NCBI RefSeq assembly: GCF_009834535.1
Contig: NC_045698.1
Location: 12,712,001-12,776,000 of the forward strand
Length of the DNA stretch: 64,000 nt
Origin: Camelus ferus
Lineage: Eukaryota
Direction of reading: 5' to 3'
In this document: piece by piece, positions 13,492 to 28,199 of the stretch
Layout of the letters: every line of letters begins with the position of its first letter
How positions within the stretch are numbered: position 1 is the stretch's first letter
Made by a program: the position numbers and the translations under genes
Notes under the pieces: model-generated
What the model was told of the DNA's origin: nothing
Database searches by the model: none
Seen by the model: only the letters and a program-made list of their open reading frames with translations

Positions 13492-16400
13492 TCTAGAACA
13501 AACACCGATATATTCATTGTAAACTCTGAAAGTCATAGAAGAGATCATTTTTTGTGAGTGCTACTGAATATACCTGTGGAAAACAAAAGATGAGCAGGGC
13601 TTAACTTCTCAAAGTTACAATTAATCTCTAAATTTAACATTGTTCTGCTGCCAGAATAAATTCTTATATAATGCATGCTAAGTATGTAAATAAACTCAAT
13701 GCAAAAGTTTACAAACTTTCAGCCATTTCTCTTCCAAATTCCTCTAAAGCATTTTCGTTTAGGTTTAGTTCATGAGCTTGTCCTGATGTCTCATTTTAAA
13801 GTAGCCCTGTCACTATCACATCAGCTTCCTCTGCTTCCTGCTTAGCACTTGTCTGTACTGCAAATGATCTTGAGTATATTTTTACTTGCTCACTATTTAT
13901 CTAATCCAGAGGCACATCAGAAGCATATGCAGTTTTATGATCCTTTTACAGAAAATAATTCAAAATTATAAGTACAAATTAAATACAAGTTCTCTTGGAA
14001 AGACCCTGGCAAATGTGAGGCTATGAAGTGTTGCTTTCTTATTTTCAGAGTAATTCCATTTCTGGTCTCACCTATTAGCTTATAAGATTCCTGGGAGCCC
14101 AGACTTATGTCTTGGTCACCCTTTATCCCCAGCACTTTGTATGCACTTAGTAAATATTTTTTTGAATGAATTCAGGAAGGTGCACGCCCCAATCACACTT
14201 CCTTCATTGCCCGTAATTATTTTTCTCGTAACAAACACAAATTCCTCCTGTTACAAATAACAGGGCACAGCGGAGCCATGTTACTTTGTTTTATGTGTGG
14301 TCCTGTGTTAGTTTTGCTGTGGTGTTTTGTGGAAAAGTATTTTATTGTAATAAGGACTGCATTTTTCTGTCTAAATGGCTATCCAGCATGATGTCGCTCA
14401 TGATATAGTGTCCTCTGACAGGTAAAGGATGGCTGTGAAAGATTTAGCAAGATCGTTTTACTTTTCCTTTTGAGGATTTTAAGGGTATGCTGAAGTTTTT
14501 CTTAGGGAGCACATATTGATTTTGTAATTAAAAAAATAAAAGAAATTCTTTAATAAAGAGTAAGTTAAGTTCTCACTGTTTGCCTAACTGTCATCATTTG
14601 GGAGAACCCCTTCACTATGTGAAATTCCTGTTCACATTTCTGACCACTTTATCCTAATTTTTACCTTCAAAATGGTGGTGGTTATTTTACAGTCCAGGTG
14701 GATATCTACTAAGAGGTGATGTGTTTATCAATGCAGAGTTCTCAGGTGTGAATTTTATAAAAATGAGTTACCCTTCTTGCTCTGTTGAGATATCTTGAGA
14801 TTACATGTGAAACTGCATCCCTCTTACCTCTTTAAGAGTGGGTCTGGCCCCACAGCTGTTCTTACTGCATTTCTTCTCTGAGACATTTTAAGGAGTTACA
14901 CTTTCCCAGTTTAGGTATATTTGATTTTAAGTAATTAACTTCAAAGCATCTGGGACAATGTGGCATGATAGTCCAATCAGCGTTTCCCTGCCTGTCAGTC
15001 GTGGAGGCAGGATGCGTCACTTCAGGTGGTGTCTAAAGTGAAGAGTTACACGTCTGGTATGAATGTGGAGGTGGATTGCAGCCAATGACATAGAGACTTC
15101 GCCTTGTAGAACACTGGCTGAAATAAAAATTAAAAAATGTATTTTGAAGATTAATTGTAGCCAATTGTAGTACTGTTTTTTTTTTTTCCTTGTTAATATC
15201 ACTCAGCATGTTCAAAATCCATCCCAACACTGCGAACTCATGCTGAGGTCAGCCTCAGAAGAGTATAATTAAGAAGAAAATCTACTGTCCCCAAAATAAG
15301 CAAGTAAGAATCATGGGTTACACAGAAATGACTTTAAGATTATTTATTTGATTTGAATTATCCACAGATGAATATTTCATTAGTCTTGTCAATCATCGTT
15401 CTTTAGACAAACGAGATTCAAACAGGGATATATGCAAAAGCATAATCAATGAATAGTTACTGGGGGAATTATAAAGTAAGGGTGTGAAAAGTCCTTTCTG
15501 ATCACAAAGACAACAGTTTTCAAACACTAGCTGAAGAGAATTGGATACTAATGAATCAAACTTCATTTACATCCAGTATTCGTGGTGGAACTTCTAGGAA
15601 TTGTTTTAGAATTAGGAAACTGGAGGAAGTTGGAGTTCATAATCTGGCATAATGGGCCTGGGTTTTCAGGACGACTGGGGAGAACCATAATCCTAATGAC
15701 CACCAGACCTGTAGTCAGCAGGTTTAGTGCCACTTAAGGTCACATGAAAGCACTGATGTGTATGTGGCGGATCTCTGTTTACGTATCACAACAGAGGGGC
15801 TGCCATCGCTAGACGCAGGGCATACATTGCTGCGTTTTTCCACTGACGTGGAGTTAATTTTAGTTTTGGAACATCTGGTCAGTGCTTTAAAGTAGAATTT
15901 CTAGGAAGGTTTTACCTTCAGCTCTCCCACCCTCATCCAAAATATTCCAGATAAAAGGTACCAGAAACTCTGTAAGTCTTATGTGTTAGATGGTTTTGAT
16001 TAAAGAGAAATGCCAGCCAGCTGTGTCCACATTATTAGGAGCTCCTATGGGCTGTCACCATTAGTCTGGCACTAAAAAGAGAAGTGAGTTATTGATGTCT
16101 TAGTTTTAAATAAAATTAGATCTTAACAGTAAGAGTTTGTTAAGTGGTTATGACCAATGTCTTTGCACAGTGAGGGGTACACCGGGATGAAAGGACTGGT
16201 CCCTAACAGCAGCCTTGCAAGCAGAGGACCTTGGTTTGGGCTCTATCAGAAGGGGCAGCAATGCCTTCTGATCAGCTTTGGTATAAACCTCATCACTGAT
16301 TGGATTATGGCATTTGACATTGTGAACTGACTCCTTGGGCATACTGCTTTAAGGCTTTGCAATGCTGTCTCCCTGATATTTGTGGCCACAACATTTCTCT

Positions 16401-18149
16401 AATCTTTGCAACCCACTACCTGTGCCCCCCCATCTATTAATATTATAGTGGCTTAATATTAACCTAAACGGACCAAACCTGCTAGGCAACACAGAACATT
16501 TTCACCCATTTTCTAGTCATTCTCCCTGGCTTGATAGTTTTCTTAAATACAAAATCAGCTGGATGCCTGAATATCTGCATATAGATTTTCCTTTTGTTTC
16601 TTACTTCCATGTTGCCCAGTGGTTCACAACTTTTAGTGTGCCTTAGAATGATGGCACAGGATTTCAGGCACAAAACATTGTGCCTTATTGACAATTTAGA
16701 GAATAGTCAATGGCAATTTTTTTTCTTTTACCATATAAGATTTTTACCTTGATGTTTAAAACCAAATGCCTGCCTAAGATGAGATTCCACTTACATATTT
16801 TCATGCATTATTTCTTGTGACTGTCACAACAAGCCCCTGAAACAGAAAAGGCAGGCGTTCTCTCCATCTTCAGAATGGGTAAGTAAGGCTGAGAACTTAC
16901 ATACAAATGGAAATGAGCTTTTGAAGTTCTATCTAGTAATCCCTGAGCTTTTCCCTTCTGCATTTCCTTCTATGTGACTTTTCCTCTGACCAAAGAGGCT
17001 TCTACTTTCCCTGGAGTTGAATTGTTATACCAGCAACATGAGAGAATCAGTCAGTATCTGTAAAAGCCTGATTTTGCTGAGAGAAGAAGTGCTCATGAGA
17101 ATCACAAAGGAAGATCCCTGAAGGAGGCAGGATGTAGAGTTAATGTCGTAACCCCCGATTGGAAAGGGAATAAAATCTTGAGTTCGACTTGCTAGGAGAC
17201 AAGGTGAGAGCATTCTGGTTTCCCAGGAGTGGGAAAGAGCATTTGATGGGAATTGATCTTGCAAAAGGTCAGCGGGTCACTGTGGGTGTAGACCACACCT
17301 GGGGGCCCATTGGGAGAATCTAGTCAGCACTGAGGGACTAGTCTGCATTGTCTGTGACCAACAGCAGGGAGTGAACGAATGGGAACCCAGCTAATGGTTA
17401 TGGACACACTGTTGCCATCCAAGGGAAGCCTGCGTGTTAGCTGTGTCAAGGACCCAAATAGCTCTTCCTATAGCCACCTGGGTCTTTCATGACCCTTTCA
17501 ACTGAGTTATTGTTGGCTTGTGCTCTCTTGTTTTTCTGAGTCCCATCCAAAATGACCCACATGGATACTCCTCTTTTCAATAGCCAAGATATCTGGTGGC
17601 TTTACCTGTCATTTGTAGAGGGACAATATGACATGGAATAGAAAGAAATCCTTGAATGCTAGTACTTAGATGGAGCTGGATGGTGGCGAGAGCCATCGCT
17701 TTTTCACATTTTTGCCAAGGATGGAGGAAGCAGTTAAACTGGGTTGGCATTTGCTTTTTTTTTCTCTACAGCCTCCGCTCTTGTCTGCTTTGCCAAATCA
17801 ACTCTTCCTATTAGCTGAATATCATCCAAATAATAAAGGTACGTGAATGACTATGTGAGAAAGGGAAGAGAAAGCAGGAATCAGTGGAAGCAAGAGAAGA
17901 CAGTTATGCTGATGTTTCAAAGACTCAGACTGGCTTAAAAGAGTCAGTCTTTTAAGCTATCTATCTTCCTTAACAGAGTGGCCAACAAAAAGCACAGATT
18001 TCTTTTAGCTCTGAAAATGCAAATTACCTCAGTCTATGCAGAGGTTTTGAAACATGGAATGGATTGTTCTTTTTGATGTAAACCATACAATTTAAATCTG
18101 CCCCACAAAATAATGTTTCAGTGCATTAATATTTATCTCTTGCTTACAA

Positions 18150-20170
18150 AGCTGTCCATTCTCCAAGGAACACTTATTTATTGTTTACCAAGACTAAGTG
18201 CTGAGGATACAAAAATAAATAAGATGTGGTTAAATAAGGATTTAATGGTCTAGTAGCATGTGAAAGGTAAATTACATATATATATATATATGTATTACAT
18301 ATATATATAGTATATATGTTGCAGCAAGCATTAGAGTAGAGGTATGAAAAAAGTTTCATACTTTGGGCATAGGAGGATGGAGCAACTGCTTCTGCTTGCT
18401 ATTTGCTTTGATGCTTGAAAGATGAGTGAAAGACTGAAAGGTAGAGAAAGGGGAGTTACTAGAAGAAAATGTTCCAGCACAGAGAAAGAGGACGTGTAGA
18501 GCGCCAGCAGGGTTCATGTGGTGCAGTGGTAAGAGACCCACATACAGAGGAAAGATGGAGGTAGATGGTGAAGGGCCATTTGGCCAAGTTATAAATGGGC
18601 TCAGAGATGATCATGAACTTGGATGACCCTCATAATGTCATCCCTGCCAACTTCTCTAACTTCACCATGTGCCACAGTTTCCCTCAAACACAGAAACTTT
18701 TTCAGTCCCTCAAGCCTACCATGAGCCTTCTCACCTTGGAGACTTCATATATGCTACATTTCTGTCTGAAAAGTGTTTTTCACTTGACTCTCCCTTCTTG
18801 CCTTTGTCCAAATATATCATATTTGGAAATCTGCTCCTTCTCATCTCTCAGGTTCAGTTTAATTCAGAAAGACCTTCCTTGCCCCCCAGACCAACCTAAA
18901 AAATGTAGGTTTCCACCTGTTATTCTCCTTTTAATTTTTCTCATAATATTTATCACTATTTAGAAGTATATAAATGGTAATTTATAAAGTACATACTCTG
19001 TAATTATTTTTGCTACCTTGGTTTTTTACTTCTTTGACTTAAAATTCCCCACCAAGTCCCTAGAATACTTTTCCTTCTCCTTGATGCATTTCAAAATACT
19101 ATTATTCCCTCCAGATTCTGGCGCCTAAAGGAGAAATCAGGCTGAAGTATGAAATTTAGGATTATCTTCATATAGATAAATTTTAAATCCAGGATAAAGG
19201 AAGAGATCATCTAGGAAGAAAATATGAGGGTCAGGAGAACTCATAACATCGCTTGAGGATCATACAGGCTCCCGTGGAAGATGGGGGAGGTCCAGCTTGG
19301 ATACTGCCGGCTAAGACACTAACATGTCATAAGGACACTGGATCTGATTTCTTCTCTGTGACTCAGACCAGCACATCAAAACTGACCAGAACATCAAAAT
19401 TCTTATCTGATAATCTCATCTGCTTGTCATCAAGACACCTCAGACTCCACAAGTCCAAATCTCAATTCCTGGTCTTCCTCACCAAATACAGTTTCTTTCT
19501 CCCTATATGTCCTTCTTACCTCTCCATCACTATGTCAGTCTGAAGTGTGGATCATTTTTGACTCCTCCTTTTCTGTCATCCCTCTTCATGTGTGATGCGA
19601 CTCCCATGGTGATAACCCTTGGAAGGTAGTATCAAAGGGTATAACTGAGAGAATTTATTTAGTTTGGATAGTCAGGTAAGTCTTTCCTAAAGAAACAGCC
19701 TTTGACCTGAACGTTGAAATAATTAATTTCCTGGGTTGAGTGAAAAAATGGGGAAGGAGGAAATGTTTCTGGCAAAGTGAACTCCCTGAGTTCATGCCTA
19801 GTTGAGGAAAGAAGGGAAGTCCAGTGTGACCACAGCAGAGGGAACAAGTGAAGTATAAAATGGGAAGAGGTGGAGAGGGACGCAGGATTACATCAGGGGG
19901 AACGTGACATGTTCAGAATCCTGGTCTTAAACACAACAGGGCACAAGGGAAGCATTCTAAGTGGAGGGATGTGCAGATTCAGCTCAAATTTTACAAGATC
20001 GTGTTGGTTACTCTGTGGACTAGAATGTAGGCAGCACGTAAGAGGAGCTGTGGGAAGACTAGTTAGAGATATAATGCAACCACGTGATAAATGATGGCGG
20101 TTTGGATTAAGGTCCTGGCTGTTGGGACACAGACAAGTGGATAGATTCAGGATTTGTGAGTGATTAAATT
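18150..20170. mobile_element. Cluster of L2 fragments in both orientations
   Basis: L2-like tracts, e.g. cacttatttattgtttaccaagactaagtgctgaggatacaaaaataaataagatgtgg, agacacctcagactccacaagtccaaatctcaattcc and gagatataatgcaaccacgtgataaatgatggcggtttggattaagg. Boundaries approximate. Confidence 0.6.
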
Positions 20171-20649
20171 GACCAACAATTCAAAATTTTGCTTTACATG
20201 GCCCATTCTCTTGGGCTTCACACCACTTGCATGGTCTCATTCTCCTGCTAGAGTTCCTGCTGCTGCTCTGGCACAGTGGATGTGTTTAACATCTGCATCC
20301 TGGTCTATGCTTTGAGCTTCTTCCTGATGTAACCCCAATCTCCCTTCCCACTAGCCCCCAATATTTCTGCCAAATGCTTAAATTATTAACTTGAGATATT
20401 TTTTCCCTTGGACTCTGTAACTTTTATTATTCTTTTACTTTCCTACTGTATCATCCTCACCTTTTTCCATGTTTATAAGGTGCTATTCAAGACTACATCA
20501 AAGATCATCTTTATCTTAAAATTAATCATATTAGTTTAGCACAAAATGACCTTTTCTCCTTCTAAATGCCTATTGCTCTGATTTTTTAAAAATTTCCAAT
20601 GGAATTTGGTGAGTTAATGCCTGTTCACTCTCAGATCCAAATTCTACCC

Positions 20650-21550
20650 TTTCTCTGTTACGTTCTGTATCTCAGAGAGCTGGTCTTTGCCAGTATGTTT
20701 GCCAGTCTCCCTTCGCAAATGGCTTTCCTCCATGTTAGGTCAATGGGAGGCACTGGAGGGAGACTAGAAAGTGAGGGGAAGCTGGAAGCCAGTTACAAAT
20801 CCTAATATGCTTGTCTGGGTTGCTGACACCTTAGTTTTGCTATGAGAGCTACTGAGAAGACAAATGGGGCACCATAGCCATAATCTCAACAGATAGCAAA
20901 GATGACTTCCTGGAAAGACCACGGTAGCCGGCCCAGAGTTGACACAGTCCCTAATCAATTAGCCCAGACGCCATCATCCAATCCACAGCACACAAATATT
21001 TCAATTACCTAGTATGGACATACTGGTATTTTTAAAAGTTATTTGTACTTTTTACAAATATAGAAAGGGATTGCTATTTTCCGTCCTAAGACTCAGCTCC
21101 TAGAGTGTTATTTCTCTGTTGTAGCAAGTTCACTGCCTGGAAGCAAACTTCCTACGTGCTGTTCTTTGGTTCCAGGGTCTTACTTTCTGTTTTCCCTCTG
21201 TAGTCTCTCCCACGTGTTTCAGGCAATGACTTCTCTGGGGCCCTAGCTTCCTCTAGGAAATCCATCTCATGATCCCAGCCTTACCAAGCATCCCTCGCAT
21301 AGGGCTGGTTCTCCCCAGGTGGCCCTGAGCCAGGCCACTGGGCTGTGGCAGTATCATTGCAGCATTCCCATGTCCTTCCAGACCTAGAGAGAGCAGTGGT
21401 CGCTGCTGATCTTTGGCATGCCTCAGTGTTCCCTGTCTGGTCTGTAAGTTTTTGCAATTAGTAATTGTAATGAATTTTCCCAAGTCAAATTTATTCTATG
21501 AAACTTCTTGGCATCATCTCTATTTTCGTTGACTACACTTTAACTGATAG
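20650..21550. mobile_element. Old ERVL LTR (LTR33-like), interrupted
   Basis: ggtcaatgggaggcactggagggagactag and a terminal actttaactgatag resemble the LTR33 group. Confidence 0.5.
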
Positions 21551-22727
21551 AATGACTTAATAGAAAAAAATTCTGTATTCAGCAAAGAAAGCACTTTAAA
21601 AACAATTCCAAATTTGGGGTTTATTAACTATGCCTTTGAGCAACTAATTTCACCTCTGTGAACCTTGATCTTTTCTTTTTTAATATGGAGTTGCCTATCT
21701 TATTAATATATGAGAATTAAATATTAAAATGGATATGAGAGTACTCTGTAAAGTGCTAAGCAGATATAAATCTCTACACTCCTCATTTGTTATTCACATT
21801 GTTCATCTTTTAGTGAACTTGTTTCCTATATTCATAAATAGGTGCTCAACTTTATAAGGGCATCCCTTATCTTGCGTCCCTTTGTATAAGCTCTCAGTGA
21901 TGTAATACATTATTGTTGCTCCATGTATCATAGTAGTTCAATAAATATAATTGAAACATCACTAATAGAACGTATAGCAATGTTTTCTAACAAATACAGT
22001 TCCTATACTTTCAAATGTGTCCCAAAGAAACCGTCAATGTGTAATGTATACATAGTGGATTTGAAACCACATCCTAAGGAACAGGATTTACTTCAGCTAC
22101 TTCTGTAACTTGAGACAAGACACAATGAGAGAAGAAAGGTTTTCTGACCATTGGAAAGATTTTTTTTAGGTTACCCTCAAAAGATATTATTTTTTTCCCC
22201 CTGATTTTGAAGTTATGGCAAAAACAAAACAACAGTAGAATTCCTTCATTGATGGTCATGGCAGAAGGAATTAGCAAAACACATTTGCCTTCCAAGGAAG
22301 TTACTCAGGAGTGTCATACCTCCTGGGGTTCCAGCTTGGTACAGATTTTCTAATTGTAATTAAAACAGAGAAAGGCAGCAGCAAAAGAAACAGAAATAGA
22401 AAGCTAGAGCTATTGGTGGTTGAGGCAGAAAGCATACACTTTAAGAATTGGACTTTGAGCAAATTCAGACAGATAAAACAGCATGCAGTCAGTATACTGA
22501 TTTAATACAAGGAAGTGATTAGTTTGGTATGAAGGAGCGAAGGAAGCAGAAATAGGCAGCAAGAGGCAGAGAACAGGCCCATCCCTTGGAAAGGAGACTT
22601 TCACACAAATGATTCTTTCTAGGTAACTGACACTGACTTTTGACTTTTGGCAAGAGGTCATTAACACCAGAACCACACTGTAACTATTCTCATGTATTAT
22701 TTACAATTAAAAATAGCAGCATATCTT

Positions 22728-23285
22728 TATTTATTTATATTTAAGTATATTTGATTTATTATGTGTTAGTTTCAGGTGTACAGCAAAGTGATTCAGTTAT
22801 ACATATATATCTATATTTACATTCTTTTTCAGATTATTTTCTATTATAGGTTATTATAAGATATTGAATCTCATGCCCTGCACTATACAGTAGGTCTTTA
22901 TTGTTTATCTATTTTATATATAGTAGTGTGTATATATTAATCCCAAATTCCTAATTTATCCCTCCCCCTCACCCCTTTCTGCTTTGGTAACCATAGTTTG
23001 TTTTCTGTCCGTGAGTATATTTCTGGTTTGTAAATAAGTTCATTTGTATCTTTTTTTTCCCCAGATTCCACATATAAGTGATAATGATATTTGTCTTTCT
23101 CTGTCTGACTTACTTCACTTAATGTGATAATCTGTAGGTCCATCCATGTTGCTGCAAGTGGCATTATTTTATTCATTTTTTATGGATGAGTAATATTCCA
23201 TTATATATGTGTGTGTGTGTGTGTATACATCTTCTTTGTCCATTCATCTGTTGATAGACATTTAAGTGGCTCCAATGTCTTGGCT
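22728..23285 (-). mobile_element. 5'-truncated L1 with perfect TSD
   Basis: L1 3'UTR plus the ORF2 C-terminus (ORF 22937..23176: IMPLAATWMDLQIITLSEVSQTEKDKYH). An 18-bp TSD aaaatagcagcatatctt lies at 22710-22727 and 23286-23303. Confidence 0.92.
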
Positions 23286-26200
23286 AAAATAGCAGCATAT
23301 CTTAAATGATGTGGACATAATATATTCCAAGCTTTCATTCAGTTCTCAATCATCTTACTGTGTCTACAAGATTTCATGTTAAATAGCCCATTAAGGGATA
23401 GTTTTGATTAGGATCTTGGCATGATAGCTCTGACTAATGTTGCAAACCTTGTTCTCAGAAGACCTTTTACAGAAACACTTTTACATTTTATATTTTTGGC
23501 CATTTCAGTTGTGCGTGACTTCTTAAAATTTCTGAGGATGTAGTTTAGTGCCCATTTATATGGTTTTTACATGTCTACGTGTGAATGCATATCTATCCTT
23601 AGATACTTTCTGCAAACTCTTTCCTGAGCTAATGGCCTTTGTGCATGTGGTGGCTGTTAAGTCACGCCTTTAGGAGATGCATGTTCCTCCTTTAATGGTT
23701 ACTTTTCTTTTCCCAACCAGAGAAAATCCAGTGGGGGCAAAGTGATTAAAAAATAAAAATAACAACTATTGATAATTTTGTAACTTTCTAATTTAACCCT
23801 TGGTTAAGATCAACATACGTTCCTGGAATTTGAGGAAAATGAATGGAATTTTAGCTTTCTCTTCATTACCACAAATGATTTAATAAAATCATTTTCCCTT
23901 GTAGCTAGGAGAAGCCAATATTTATAACTCAAAAGAGGTGATATAGCACTAGGTTTATTTCCAGATTTATCACAAACATAAGGAACTGTGGTTACTGTTA
24001 AAAATAGGTTGGTTGAGGCTTGAAGTGTAATTAATTGAATGAAAAAATATATCATTTTCCACAGCCTTTTGACTAAATATGTCTTATAGGGTATCGGTAA
24101 GATCATCAGTTTAAGACTTGCAAAATTAAAGGGTTTCCTGCTTACTGAGAAGTCTTCATAAGTCTTTCAGGCTTCTATTTCTTTTTTGATAAAGTCTATC
24201 TGCCTAAACTTTATTTCCTATCTAAAGAATTTTTCCCATTAGGTTCAAAAATCACTACTTTGCCCTTTGGGAAAGGGGATTGTTCTTTTAAGTATATTTT
24301 AATAAACTACCATAATAAGATCTGCATAATAAAGTTATATTAAAATATTACTTGGAACCACTATTTTGAATAAAATATTTAACTTAATTATGCAATGGTT
24401 AAAGCAGGAATTTAGACGTAAATTTATTTTGGATTTGGCTGTATTTCCAACAACATGAACTTCAAGAGCCTCTCTAACCTTGATTTCCAGTTGAAAATAA
24501 AACAGACAAACAAAAATATGAATAACAAAAATTTCATAGTACCAGTTGCTTCACTTACTTGGTGTTAATTGGTTTGATTAATTCAGTTTTACTTAACTAA
24601 CATTTTAATCATGCTGACTCAAAATACAATTTGTATTGTTACAGTATAGCAACAGCCTCTTTCTCTGTTTATCCTAATTCAAACATGCACATATGTTATG
24701 TTAGCCATCTTTTAATGGCCAAACAGTACTACTGAAGACATTTAAATTTTCTTCTTAGCGTCCTCTCTGCTGATGCTTGTAAAATCATTTGGGTACAGTC
24801 ATTCTTATTGGCTACAAGCTAATTTGAACCAATCAATACAAATCAGGGCTCATATGATTTTTTCTGCTTTTTAGAGTTGATACAGATGATTTGTCAGTCC
24901 CTGAAAATTTCATAGGGACCTTTTACCAAATTTAGGGCAGCTCTGATCCTGACATTTTCTTGCTCCAAAGTCTTTAAAGGTTTCATGTTGCTATGGAAAC
25001 GAGACATAAATTTCTCAGTCAGGAATGCATGACCATGGTTCCAGAGGAAGACCTCATTCATAGTTTGCTGCCCTATCCCCCCCACTTTCCCATGCTCCAG
25101 ACCAATAAAAGGACTCCACTTTCCCCAACACACTTCCTCCATTTCCTTAACACAACTCTCTTTAAGTAGTTTACATAACTTCCACGGATTATCCTCAATT
25201 TCCAGTTCTCCTTGTAAATATTTTCTGATCTCTGAAATGAGATATAATTATATTTACCTTTGAATTCCATAATGTGCTGATTTAATTGTTGGGGATCCTT
25301 ATTGTCCCTGGAATTTACAGCTATTTATGTACACACATTGTAGCATCTTGAGGACAGGCATTGTGCCTTTCTCATGCTGGTATTCCTTTTGTGTTTATCA
25401 CAATGTTTTGCACATAATAAGTGGGAAAATCCTAAGCCTGAATGTCAGGATATGCGGAGGCCAGTTCTACTCTGTAACTATGCTAAAGGTTAATGTGGAT
25501 GAAGATGTCAGGGTAACTGTTTTTGCTTAGAGTAATTGTGGAGGTCACAACAAAAGATAGAAACTTTGAGAAGGAGCCCACACATTTTGCCACAAGGAGC
25601 AAAGAAGGCTATTTTCCTGGTAGAGATAGGAAAGTATACAGATGAACTTATGACGTTAGGAAAGGGAGGGTCATTTTAGTTGAAGCATAGATTTTGTGAA
25701 AAGATGTGGATTATGGGAGATGAGATCAAAATGGCAATTTGGGGTCAACTGTGAAGGTTATATACGGTGAATCAAATTTGGAATTCAACCTCAAGTCAAC
25801 AGGGGTGAGATAGAGGTCTGAAAAGTGGGTATGTGATTGCAACAGATTTGTTTTTTGGTGAGATGTGAATTCTGGGAGCAGTGTGGCAGAGAAAGCAGTG
25901 TCTATGGCACTGGGTCTTCAGCCAGAATCTGCAGTTGACAATTGCCATTCAATATATGTTTCCTGGTAAAACACAATGGCATAGCAGCTAATTAAATTAG
26001 CACCTGTAATCACCTGGAAGGACACACCCACTGACTATCAGATTTTAGAAGAGGTCACAGAAGGGCAAAGCGTACCATTTGAGTATATTGTATATAGTTT
26101 GAAACATTGCATTTAATACATAATTTTATAATTCAAAAACAAAAAAGTACCTATATTTGTATGCAAAAGAAAAACAATATGAGATTTCAATGCTCATAAA

Positions 26201-28199
26201 AAGGGAGATGTGCCTTCTAAAAGTCTGGGAAAGCAATTTTAGGTGAAGAGGCTTCTTTCAGATCACTTACAGAGCCTTCAGGCTGTAAGCAGAAGTAGGG
26301 TCTCTGTTTCTCAATCAACTTCCTCAATTCCACCAGGCTGGTTCCAAGGGCTGTTTATCAAGATAATTTGAATTTTGGGTCACATCCTCTGACTCTGCTG
26401 CCTTAATCAGCCATCAACCTCTGATACCACTTCTCCTTCCTTCTGTCAACCCTCCTTTTTTGGCTCTCTAGTTCTTAAAATATGTGAATCACATACACTT
26501 CCAGTTGAAAAGAATGTTTTTTCCTCCTTGAAGAGTGACGTCATTATTCATTTTTTTTTAATGATTCATAACTTCCTTCAGCTAAGTATGCCCCTAAAAA
26601 TTGCTCAACAGATCATTTAGCTGAACCAGTTTTTATCCCAATAAAAGTGGGTTTAAATGATTCCTGCCATGGGGGAGACTGCATTGGTCCTAGAACACAG
26701 AACAGCTGTCTTAGCTGTGAGCTGGAGGTGACAGTGATGGGCCAATCGATGGCCAATAGATGGTGACTTCATGATCTCCAAGTCCTTCATTATAACAACT
26801 ACCAGCCGAACTGTCTTTAAGTTCCTCTGTCTACTTGCTTATAAAATGGATCAGTTCAGGTTAATAGTGAGGGGTGCTCCTCCAGGTTACAACTAGGACT
26901 TGAAATGTCTCTCATCTAAAGATTAGGAGACCCAATTTAAGTCTGATTATCAGAGAGGAGGAAAGACTCTAACTCATCAGTGGGCTCCCATAGAAAGAGC
27001 TGCTTTCTCTTTGGGAGCTTTTTTATTTTTAGTTATACCTTCCAGTGAAAGTTTGTCCTGTCTGAACGTCTACATCACTGCCAAGCAAATGAGATTTGGA
27101 TACAGCTCCAAGCCTTTAGTTTCTATTTTTACAACAAAATCTGCCCATAGCTGCCTGTTTACATTACTTTCATCCTATCTGGGCTTGACAAATGCTGTTT
27201 ATTAGGATTTAAAAAAAGAGAGAGAGAGATAAGGGGTAGGGATAGGAAGAAGGAAGTATGTCTACAAATTCTATATCTCTGAAGAATTTCTGAAGATGTA
27301 GGTTTTAAAGACCAGAAAAGTTCTTAGAACTCCAGACCTGTGTTCTCAAGTGAATTTCTTTTCACATTCTTTTAAAAGTCTACTTTTTTCTAAGTAATGC
27401 TCAGTTTTCATTAAAATGTAAATCAATAGATTTCTATATGCAGGGGATTATTTCATGTGTCTTTTGTTAACTTCAGATTTCATAAGAACTTTGAAGAGTT
27501 CAGTTTTATGATCATGACCGAATTTTAGCTTTTTATTAAGTAGTCAGAGCTACGAATTCTGTGGGAATTTGTGATTTGGGGGATATAAAAAGTTAATTTT
27601 TATATAGTCATAATAACTATGTGCTTTTTTTTTTTGGTGTGCCATAATCCTTTAGAGGACAAGTAAATGTTAAATGACAGCAATAGAAAAATAATTTGTT
27701 AGGTGGCAATTTTTACTGTAAAAGAGAATACATTCTCCTTGCCATGGACAATTCAGTTGTTATTGTGCTGAGGGTTCGGGATATTAAACTAGTAAGTTAG
27801 CAAGTAATGAGTCAATAATTTTTGTTATTTTTGTTTCTGATTAGTTTATTTTCTTACATTAGTCAAGGTAAAATGCATATGTGCACGTGCATGCACACAG
27901 CTGCCTCTACCAGTAAGTTCCAAGCAAATAAACCATATATATGCGGTAAACTGTATTGACTGGTGCACAGAAGATAGTGCCAAAATCCAGTTTCTAGGAA
28001 CCAGTAGCTAGGAAACAGGAAACAGCTATTCTTGTCCTCAAACTTATGTAATCACTGTCTCTTTCCTGGTCACCCAGATGTGAATTTCCAATCTTTTCTT
28101 TGACATTTCATACTAATGTCATGTCACAACCTCAGACTTTCATATAATTGAGAAATAACTTATGTTTATTTCTTGTTCATATATTATTATGAATCATCA

